DNA of 32,000 nucleotides, taken from assembly GCF_000092105.1 (NCBI RefSeq), contig NC_014148.1:990001-1022000 (forward strand), written 5' to 3'. Made by a program: the position numbers and the translations under genes. The DNA is from Planctopirus limnophila DSM 3776 (GTDB taxonomy: Bacteria > Planctomycetota > Planctomycetia > Planctomycetales > Planctomycetaceae). Under the pieces are notes generated by a model, which made no database searches, was not told the origin of the DNA, and worked only from the letters and a program-made list of their open reading frames with translations. Below, one piece after another: positions 24,753 through 31,889 of the stretch; position 1 is the stretch's first letter, and every line of letters begins with the position of its first letter.

Positions 24753-26594
24753 ATGACGCAGGCGACAACTGGCCCCAGGCGGCTTCCTGAAAATCCCGAT
24801 GAGTTGGAAGTCATCCTCGCGACCGATTGCGGAAGCACCACGACCAAAGCTCTGTTGATCGAGAAGATTGATGGAGTTTACCGTCAAACCTATCGTGGTG
24901 AAGCTCCCACAACTGTCGAGGAACCAACTGCCGATGTCACGATCGGTGTTGTGAACGCAGCGACTGAAGTAGGCGAACTCGCTGGGCGTCAACTGGTCGA
25001 TGAAAATGGCCTGCTGATCCGCCCGGCTCGTGGAAATGTCGGTTGTGATGCCTACATTTCCACTTCCAGCGCAGGGGGTGGCTTGCAGATGCTGGTGTGC
25101 GGCGTTGTCCCCACGATGTCCGCTGCCAGCGCGACGAGAGCCGCTTTAGGAGCCGGCGCCATTGTTCTCGAAACCATGACATCAAACGATCGTCGTAAAC
25201 CACATGATCGCATTCAGCGAATTCGGGATCTTCGCCCGGATATGATTCTGCTCGCTGGCGGGACTGATGGTGGCACTGTGCGCCATGTTGCTGCCATGGC
25301 CGAGTTGATTGCACCTGCCAAACCACAGCCCAGGTTTGGTGGTCAGTATAAAATGCCCGTGATCTACGCCGGGAACCAGGCGGCCATTCCTGTTGTTCGC
25401 GATGTGCTGGGGAACGTGGCGGAGTTGTCATTCGTCGAGAATGTCAGACCAGTCCTGGAGCGTGAAGCCCTGGCTGGTGCGCGGGATGCCATTCACGATC
25501 TGTTCCTCGAGCATGTCATGGCACATGCCCCTGGGTACGACAAGCTCATTGAATGGGCTGATACCGCCATCATGCCCACTCCCGGTGCTGTGGGAAACAT
25601 CCTGCAGACAATTGCCCGCACACGCGGCCTGAATGCTCTGGGTGTCGATATCGGTGGCGCCACGACAGATGTCTTCAGCGTTTTCAGCGGGACATTCAAC
25701 CGTACGGTCAGTGCAAATCTGGGGATGAGTTACTCCATTTCGAATGTCTGTGCCGAAGCTGGCTTTGATGCCATCCTCCGGTGGGTGCCTTATCCCGAGA
25801 GTGAAAAAGAGCTGCGCAACCGGGTGAAGAACAAAATGATTCGCCCGACGACAATTCCTCAAACCATGGAAGCTTTGATCTTTGAGCAGGCTGTCGCGCG
25901 GGAAGCTTTGCGGCTGGCCTATGTGCAGCACAAACAATTCGCCACGACTCTGGCCGGGGTGCAGCAGCAGCGCACGATTGGCGATGCTTTTGCCCAGTCT
26001 GGCGGTCAGCAGACAATTGTGAACAACCTTAAGCTCGACTTGATTGTGGGTTCCGGCGGCGTGCTCTCGCATGCTCCACGTATGGAGCAGACCACCATGA
26101 TGATGATTGATGCCTTTGAGCCGGAAGGGATAACGGTCCTTGCTAAAGACAGCATTTTCATGATGCCCCATTTAGGCGTACTGGCCGAGATTCATCCTCA
26201 GGCTGCCATGGATGTCTTCGAGCGGGATTGCCTGATCATGCTGGCGACGTGTATTGCCCCCAAGGGGCCGCCAGCTTCTGGCAAACTGCTGTTGAAGTAC
26301 TCACTCGAAGTGGGCAGCAGGGTGGTAGAAGGAGAACTCCACGGCCACGAAATGCAGCGTTTCGATCTGGGGCCAGATGAACTGGCCCGGCTGAAGCTTG
26401 TGCCAGCTGCTGGCTACGATGTGGGCGCCGGCCCCGGAAAGCCGCTCGAGCGCGAAATTCGTGGTGGAATGGTCGGCGTCGTCTTCGATGGACGTGGTCG
26501 GCCTCTGGCACTGCCATCAAACACCGAGGATCGACGCGCACTCCTCAAAACCTGGAATCAGGCACTGGGTGTCTACCCCGGTCATAACCACTAG
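24753..26594 (+). CDS. GlmL/MutL-like protein (glutamate mutase L family, ASKHA-fold ATPase), long form
   Basis: It has two actin/Hsp70-like phosphate-binding motifs in the arrangement typical of the glutamate-mutase MutL family: ILATDCGSTTTKALL near the N-terminus and LGVDIGGATTDVFSV mid-protein, plus LLAGGTDGG. At 613 aa it is longer than the roughly 460-aa clostridial form. Confidence 0.72.
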   Translation: MTQATTGPRRLPENPDELEVILATDCGSTTTKALLIEKIDGVYRQTYRGEAPTTVEEPTADVTIGVVNAATEVGELAGRQLVDENGLLIRPARGNVGCDAYISTSSAGGGLQMLVCGVVPTMSAASATRAALGAGAIVLETMTSNDRRKPHDRIQRIRDLRPDMILLAGGTDGGTVRHVAAMAELIAPAKPQPRFGGQYKMPVIYAGNQAAIPVVRDVLGNVAELSFVENVRPVLEREALAGARDAIHDLFLEHVMAHAPGYDKLIEWADTAIMPTPGAVGNILQTIARTRGLNALGVDIGGATTDVFSVFSGTFNRTVSANLGMSYSISNVCAEAGFDAILRWVPYPESEKELRNRVKNKMIRPTTIPQTMEALIFEQAVAREALRLAYVQHKQFATTLAGVQQQRTIGDAFAQSGGQQTIVNNLKLDLIVGSGGVLSHAPRMEQTTMMMIDAFEPEGITVLAKDSIFMMPHLGVLAEIHPQAAMDVFERDCLIMLATCIAPKGPPASGKLLLKYSLEVGSRVVEGELHGHEMQRFDLGPDELARLKLVPAAGYDVGAGPGKPLEREIRGGMVGVVFDGRGRPLALPSNTEDRRALLKTWNQALGVYPGHNH

Positions 26595-26596
26595 AT

Positions 26597-26640
26597 AAAA
26601 AAGGGATTGATCTCGATCCGACGAGACCAATCCCTTTTGA
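26597..26640. terminator. Bidirectional intrinsic terminator between convergent genes
   Basis: There is a perfect 11-bp outer stem, AAAAGGGATTG (26599-26609) with CAATCCCTTTT (26628-26638). An inner 5-bp stem, TCTCG (26611-26615) with CGAGA (26622-26626), closes a 6-nt loop. A-run/T-run flanks give a U-tail in both orientations (6 T on the minus-strand reading). It lies between the stop at 26594 (+) and the stop at 26664 (-). Confidence 0.65.
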
Positions 26641-26663
26641 AGCAGATCGAAGTTGAACAGGCA

Positions 26664-28220
26664 TCAGGTTTTCGATGGTGGTGGCGGTGGAAGCTCCTGA
26701 TAGCCTCGCGGCTTACCCACAGGAGCTGGGCCTTGTGGACTGGATGTCGGAATCCCGCCTTGTTTCAGTTTATATTTATCCAGGTTTGGTGCCTCAACAG
26801 GATCTGCAGGAGCCACTCGCGATCTGGCACTTTGAGCCATCAGATTTTCAAGCTGCTGATAATTCTGTTTACGAGCCATGGGGGATAGGCTCTCTCCGGC
26901 CTGATCCGAAATGGCAATCATCAGCCCGTTGACATGCCGATCAAACTCCACCATCGGATCCTGCCCATAAGGCAGACTGAGTGAGAGGACCTGAGCAGCA
27001 ACCGTTTCGTCAGCCAGCACTTCCAGCGAGCCAGGCCAATCGGGAGAGAGCAGGAGTTGAGGAGTCCACCGCGAAGTGGTCATCAGTTGGTTGGCAATGT
27101 TTTTGGCATTCATCGAATGAATGACTTCTCCGTTGCGTGTCGGTGTCGAACGCAGAATGACTACTCGGTTGGGCTGATGTGTGGCAATCGTCTGAAGAAT
27201 TGCCCGAGTTTCGATTTCACTGGCTGGCGCTTCGCCACTGCGCTTGGTCTGGCCGCGCGAGAAGTTCGCTGTCGGGAAATTTCGATTGAGATCAACATCT
27301 CGTGAGTTGGTTCTCCGGTTAGCCTGCAAACCATCCGGGTTCGCAGCACGAACAATCGTGATTGTCGAAGAATTAAGGATATTCGGATTCTTGGAAATAG
27401 AAGTCACCAGCTTGTCGGCCCAGCGCACAGAGACACGATCTGTCCCTTCCAGGCCAGCCACCACCAGTGTCGAAAACTTCCCTCGGCCCATCGTGCGAAT
27501 GTAAATCGGCAAACCATCGGTCGACTGGTAGGCAATTTCCCAGCGTCCCAGAAGCTTCTCTTCGTCTGAAACCGGTCTGGTCACCGTTTCTGATTCTCTG
27601 GTCGCTGGCGTACTCTGCTTCTGAGTGACAACCGGCTTTTCTGTTTCGATTGTTTGCTCAGTGGCTTGCTCAGTGGCTTCAATCGAATCACCGAAGGTTG
27701 CGGGAGAATTGGAAGCCGCTTCACCGGCTGTGGAATCAGCCGGCTGACTGGAGAAACGACGAGGTGCCGACTTTGTCTTGGGACGCGTCGATGGTTTGGA
27801 AGATGGCGAATAAGGAGCCGCTGCGGGATCTGAAAAGACAGAGTGCAGTTCCGATTCGGCCGGTAATGGCTTGGACAGCGCCATCAGAATGGGTTCGGAT
27901 TCACCCAGGCTGACCGACGGAGAATCGGTCGCCAGTTCCATCTCGATGGCCGACGACGATTTCGTCCTCTTGAGAGTGGTTGATGCACTCGGAACGGTTG
28001 ATGAAGAGCTTGTTGAAGCCAGAGGGCGAGCATCTGCCAACGTTAGCCGGGCAGGTGGAGTCCCGGGAGGATCTTCGGGGATGGTGGCCTGTGAGACAAG
28101 AAGTGGTGTGGAGATCCCATCGGGAAGACGAATGTCATTCTCGGAGGCCCACCACATGACACCCAGACCGGCGGCTGTGACAAATGACAACATAGGTAAG
28201 ACTTTCAAGGCTCCCTCCAT
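26664..28220 (-). CDS. Membrane-anchored, MpaA-like peptidase M14 homologue with substituted active-site residues (likely pseudo-peptidase)
   Basis: It has an N-terminal hydrophobic anchor (LPMLSFVTAAGLGVMWWA) and a roughly 175-aa S/T/P/E-rich linker. An M14/MpaA-like core follows: LVVAGLEGTDRVSV, IVRAANPDGLQANRRTNSRDVDLNRNFPTANF, EAPASEIETRAILQTI, NRVVILRS, VLSLSLPYG. The C-terminal tail is Pro-rich (PPPPPSKT). Confidence 0.7.
   Translation of the reverse strand: MEGALKVLPMLSFVTAAGLGVMWWASENDIRLPDGISTPLLVSQATIPEDPPGTPPARLTLADARPLASTSSSSTVPSASTTLKRTKSSSAIEMELATDSPSVSLGESEPILMALSKPLPAESELHSVFSDPAAAPYSPSSKPSTRPKTKSAPRRFSSQPADSTAGEAASNSPATFGDSIEATEQATEQTIETEKPVVTQKQSTPATRESETVTRPVSDEEKLLGRWEIAYQSTDGLPIYIRTMGRGKFSTLVVAGLEGTDRVSVRWADKLVTSISKNPNILNSSTITIVRAANPDGLQANRRTNSRDVDLNRNFPTANFSRGQTKRSGEAPASEIETRAILQTIATHQPNRVVILRSTPTRNGEVIHSMNAKNIANQLMTTSRWTPQLLLSPDWPGSLEVLADETVAAQVLSLSLPYGQDPMVEFDRHVNGLMIAISDQAGESLSPMARKQNYQQLENLMAQSARSRVAPADPVEAPNLDKYKLKQGGIPTSSPQGPAPVGKPRGYQELPPPPPSKT
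27654..27677. repeat. Perfect 12-bp tandem duplication (TTGCTCAGTGGC x2) inside the linker region of the M14-like gene
   Basis: Read directly: 27654-27665 equals 27666-27677. On the coding (minus) strand it encodes the ATEQATEQ repeat. Confidence 0.85.
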
Positions 28221-28429
28221 CGAAGAACTTCATTCAACCTCGGGGATGAAGTTGAGTCGTCACTCGTTTGCTTTGGGTTCTCACTTACAGCATGAGTAAC
28301 CGGATCTCGAAATTCGCCACGGGCTCGACAGGTTGAGCCCTTGGCGGAATAGACTGTCAACACAAATTCAAAGGTCACTCAAGGGCTATCAATATTTGAG
28401 AATCTGATATGTCATACGGACACTAGAGA

Positions 28430-29113
28430 TCATTCGTCATCGATACCCAGGCGGTATTGCAACTGGCGGAACTGCCGCGAGAAGTCTTCGGATGAAGAAT
28501 GGACATGTTCGGCTTCGGTAATGAATTTGAGGTCTTCGTTACAATCAATGTTGTAGTCGTCGAGAATGTCTTTGAAATCGACGAGTTCGTTGCCGTAAAT
28601 AATGATCAGCTTATGTTCGTCGAGTTGGATTTCGAGTGGAATATTGGGATTCAGGACGGCAAATCCGGTGCAGCCATCGTTGAGCAAGAGATCTTCAAAG
28701 TCGTAGAGCGTGCTCTTCAGAATGGGGACATCGATACTTTCGCGGTAAAGATCCTGATGCCCGCCACGTCGCTCATGACTGGTTTCGAGGACGACATCGA
28801 CTTCATCACCCAGGGGGGCCATCAGATCGATGAAGACATCGAGCAGATGTTCTTTGGAGACCGAAGCCATGATGACGGGGATTTTGATGCCGGTTTCTTT
28901 GTCGTGATAGGCGTCGTGGCGATAACCCGCTCTTGGAACCACCTGCAGGTCATATGAAGGGCGGACGGCATCCGTCAGCATGAACGACCCATATTTGGCA
29001 ATGTTCAAATGGGCTTCGAGCTGTTCGTCATCCAGATGATCGAAACTGCTCTTTCCGTGACGCACCCCACCGTCGCGGTAAGTATTCTTAAAGAATTTCT
29101 TCAGGAACCCCAT
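28430..29113 (-). CDS. Hypothetical acidic cytoplasmic protein (227 aa), no recognisable domain
   Basis: A clean ORF with an ATG start at 29113. It is flanked by 209-nt and 391-nt non-coding regions. The N-terminal MGFLKKFFKN is amphipathic-helix-like and the remainder is rich in D/E. Hand-counted GC of sampled lines is about 42-57% (mean in the high 40s), slightly below neighbouring genes. Confidence 0.6.
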   Translation of the reverse strand: MGFLKKFFKNTYRDGGVRHGKSSFDHLDDEQLEAHLNIAKYGSFMLTDAVRPSYDLQVVPRAGYRHDAYHDKETGIKIPVIMASVSKEHLLDVFIDLMAPLGDEVDVVLETSHERRGGHQDLYRESIDVPILKSTLYDFEDLLLNDGCTGFAVLNPNIPLEIQLDEHKLIIIYGNELVDFKDILDDYNIDCNEDLKFITEAEHVHSSSEDFSRQFRQLQYRLGIDDE

Positions 29114-29492
29114 GGTTCAAGTCTTTCTAGAGTTCGTAGCGGCAGATCTAGTGAGGCGGTAAGGAAGGGGTGTTACCGCAACAGGAACATGCAAACTTAG
29201 CACACGAATTCCAGGGGCATCGGAACGGGTCACGAGTGAGGGGCGTAAATTTCACGGCGAGTTGTCAGATTGATCGCAACGGGAAGAATGGCTGCTCAGG
29301 GTAAACCTGGTTGAGTTTGCGGAGCCACCCATCACCTCTCAGAAGCAGCGAAACTCCTGGTCTGGCAGACCTTTGCAGGAAAATGGAGCAGGATCTAGCC
29401 CCTTTCTTCAGAGGCGGGGTAGGGCGACTCTGCCAAATCGTTACAATCCCTACACTCTGCAGTTTCTGCATGACTTTAGAATTTGGGCGCAC

Positions 29493-29498
29493 AGGAGG
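29493..29498 (+). promoter_or_regulatory. Shine-Dalgarno AGGAGG 6 nt upstream of the ATG at 29505
   Basis: Read directly: acAGGAGGgatccgATG. It supports 29505 rather than the ORF-track start at 29373. Confidence 0.5.
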
Positions 29499-29504
29499 GA
29501 TCCG

Positions 29505-31082
29505 ATGACATCTGGTGAGCAGTATTCAGTCCTCTCGAACGGCCAGCCCACGATGCTTCTACGGCCGTCCCATCGCCAGTTGATCCGGTGGCTGTGCTTG
29601 TCTCTGGTGTTGGTGGTTTTTGTCTCTGCTTCTGGCCAGGCCGAGGAGCCGGAGACTCGCACTGTCTGGGGAGTGATCTACCTGCAGGGGCAGCGTGCCG
29701 GTTACCAATCCGGCACACGCACTCTCTTCCAGTCAGCAAACGGTGAAAAGCTCGTGAAGTGCGAGCAGAAGACCGCACTCAAGCTCACGAGATTTGGCAC
29801 ACCGCTGGTCCTCGAATCGACGGTCGAGACGATAGAAACGACAGGCGGAGAGATTCGCCGGTTTGTGCATCGCCAGGAAAATCCTCCAGCCGCCCCCATG
29901 ACCCTGGAAGGCACCATCGAAGGCAAACAGTGCCAGCTGGTGGCCACCACTGGCGGCATCAAACAAACCTCTTCGATCCCCTGGAGTCCCGATTGGCGTT
30001 CACCCGCCTATCAGGACGAAACCTTGCGGGCTCAACCACTTCAACCGGGAGAAGAGCGTCGGTTGGAGATTTTCTTTCCCGAGTTCCGCTCCATGGGTGT
30101 GCTCGATCTGAAGGCCCGGGAAATGGTGCCGATCCTCAATCTCGACCGGCAGGAAAAGAATCTGCTGCGGGTGACCGCGCGGATTTCGCTCATCGAAGAT
30201 TCCCCCATCACCGTCTATGTCGATCAGAACGGAGAAGCCATTGTGACCCGCATGGGGATCTTCGGCACCGAAATGTTCACCTACCTCGCCACCCGCGAGC
30301 AGGCACTCCTCCCCATTGAAGGAACAGGCCCGGAAATCGGCAAACTCACGCTCATCAAGGCACAACTCCCCAAAGACTGGGCCACGCGTCAGTCACTCAC
30401 GTACGAATTGAAACTTCCCGGCGATGACCTCGCACGCATCCTTTCCAGCGGGCCCGGCCAGACGATTGAAGTCATCGATCCTGAAACTGTGCGGGTCACC
30501 GTCCAGTTGACTCCCTGGAGTCGCCCGCTCTCGACCAGCAATTTGCCACTCCCTGCGGACGATCTCTTTTTGAAAGGAACATCACTCCTGCAGATTGATG
30601 ATCCTGCCGTCAAAAAACTGGCGACTGACGCCCTGGCCAGCCTGCCCCAAGAGAAGCGAAACGACTTACGCGAGCAGGCTTTGGCAATGAGCCGGTATGT
30701 TCACAAGACCATCAGCACGAAAAATCTATCGACGGCATTGGCATCGGCTGCGGAAGTGGCCAAGAGCCGCTCTGGCGATTGCACAGAGCATGCCACCTTG
30801 CTGGCGGCCATGCTGCGGGCACAAAAAATCCCTTCGCGATTTGTGATGGGGCTGGTCTACGTCCCTGATGAGTCCGCTTTCGGCCTGCATGCCTGGACCG
30901 AAGCAAAGCTGGGAGACGACTGGTATCCCCTCGATTCGGTCGCAGCCAGCGGCCGCACGAGTGTGGCCCACTTACGAATGACAGCCGACTCCCTCGACGA
31001 ATCGGCCGGCGACCCAGTCCTGCGCATGGACATCTACGCCCGAAAGCTCCCGGGCCGCTTACAGGTGAAGGTGGTGCCGTAA
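29505..31082 (+). CDS. Exported transglutaminase-like (Cys-His-Asp) domain protein
   Basis: It has a signal/anchor (LIRWLCLSLVLVVFVSASGQA). The C-terminal transglutaminase-like core has catalytic Cys in SRSGDCTEHATLLAAMLRA, His in FGLHAWTEA and Asp in WYPLDS. The roughly 380-aa N-terminal region is unassigned. Confidence 0.8.
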   Translation: MTSGEQYSVLSNGQPTMLLRPSHRQLIRWLCLSLVLVVFVSASGQAEEPETRTVWGVIYLQGQRAGYQSGTRTLFQSANGEKLVKCEQKTALKLTRFGTPLVLESTVETIETTGGEIRRFVHRQENPPAAPMTLEGTIEGKQCQLVATTGGIKQTSSIPWSPDWRSPAYQDETLRAQPLQPGEERRLEIFFPEFRSMGVLDLKAREMVPILNLDRQEKNLLRVTARISLIEDSPITVYVDQNGEAIVTRMGIFGTEMFTYLATREQALLPIEGTGPEIGKLTLIKAQLPKDWATRQSLTYELKLPGDDLARILSSGPGQTIEVIDPETVRVTVQLTPWSRPLSTSNLPLPADDLFLKGTSLLQIDDPAVKKLATDALASLPQEKRNDLREQALAMSRYVHKTISTKNLSTALASAAEVAKSRSGDCTEHATLLAAMLRAQKIPSRFVMGLVYVPDESAFGLHAWTEAKLGDDWYPLDSVAASGRTSVAHLRMTADSLDESAGDPVLRMDIYARKLPGRLQVKVVP

Positions 31083-31310
31083 GGGCGATCGTAATCGTGC
31101 CACCATGACTGGAGTCATAAAGGGGAGATGGCGAGCTGAGCGGCTCAGAAGTTGCGCGACGTAGAGGTGTCTTTAGGCAGCGGCCCGCGGAAGCTGTGTT
31201 CACGGCGCGTGTCCAATTCGAGACAGCGGCTGACCCGAAGGACTTGGCGATGGGTGGCCAGTCCTGAACCTTGCGTAGCATGGCCACCTTGTGCTCCGAT
31301 TGAGCTTGGG

Positions 31311-31889
31311 TCAGGACGTAGAGGGAAGCCTCGCATAGATGCAGGAGTGGCGTAGTTGGCCGTCGGGGGATTGCATGGTGTTGTGTAGGACTCCCTCCAG
31401 GTGAAAGCCGCAGCGTTCGGCCAGTCGGCGTGAGCGGACGTTGGCCTCGTCCGTCACGAGTTCCACGCGCTTGGCTTTCATGCCGACTAGCGCCCAGTTC
31501 GTCAGCGCAAGGACGGCTTCGGTCGCGTAGCCTTTGCCAGCTTCGGAAGTACGGACCCAATACCCAACCTCTGTTCTGGGCAGAGACCAATCGGTGCGAT
31601 GCATCCCCGCCGAGGCGACCAGTCGCCCGGTGCTCCTGGAAAACGCCAGGTAGGGCAGGTCCGCGCGGATCAGGAAGTTGGCTTCCGCCCGGCGGCAGCG
31701 GGCCTCGGCAGTCTGAAGTGTCGGCTCCTCGGCGACCCACGGCAAGAACCACAAGTGCTCACGCAGCTCCGCGATGGACTCGAGCAGGGCCTCGTGGAGC
31801 TCAGGCGCATCAGATGTCCGGTAGGGGCGGAGCTCAAGACGCTCGGTTTCAAACAATAGAGGAACCGGGAAAAGCAGGGGATCGGCCAT
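31311..31889 (-). CDS. GNAT family N-acetyltransferase (RimJ/RimL-like)
   Basis: It has the typical RimJ/L-type N-terminus (ETERLELRPYRTSDAPELHEAL). An acetyl-CoA binding-region-like block is present (GYWVRTSEAGKGYATEAVLALTNWAL), followed by RVELVTDEANVRSRRLAERCGFHLEGVL. The gene lies in a patch of visibly higher GC. Confidence 0.8.
   Translation of the reverse strand: MADPLLFPVPLLFETERLELRPYRTSDAPELHEALLESIAELREHLWFLPWVAEEPTLQTAEARCRRAEANFLIRADLPYLAFSRSTGRLVASAGMHRTDWSLPRTEVGYWVRTSEAGKGYATEAVLALTNWALVGMKAKRVELVTDEANVRSRRLAERCGFHLEGVLHNTMQSPDGQLRHSCIYARLPSTS

Noticed and set aside
28321-28340. A GGGCTC-N8-GAGCCC hairpin between the orphan gene and the M14-like gene.
   Set aside because: It has a 6-bp stem but no U-tract in either orientation. 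That is insufficient to call a terminator, and it would contradict neither operon model.
29108-29135. A GGTTCAAGTC string resembling a tRNA T-loop just upstream of the orphan gene.
   Set aside because: The flanking bases cannot form a T-stem (CATGG versus CTTTC), and no acceptor, D or anticodon arms can be drawn. It is not a tRNA.
30712-31752. A 346-aa ORF on the minus strand spanning the 3' end of the transglutaminase gene, the intergenic gap and most of the GNAT gene.
   Set aside because: It is Arg/Pro/Gly/Ser-rich and low-complexity. It runs antisense to a well-supported transglutaminase core and is out of frame across a well-supported GNAT gene. Long stop-free frames like this are expected in the GC-rich patch. 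Only the short HTH-like stretch at 31140-31310 was kept, as a low-interest finding.
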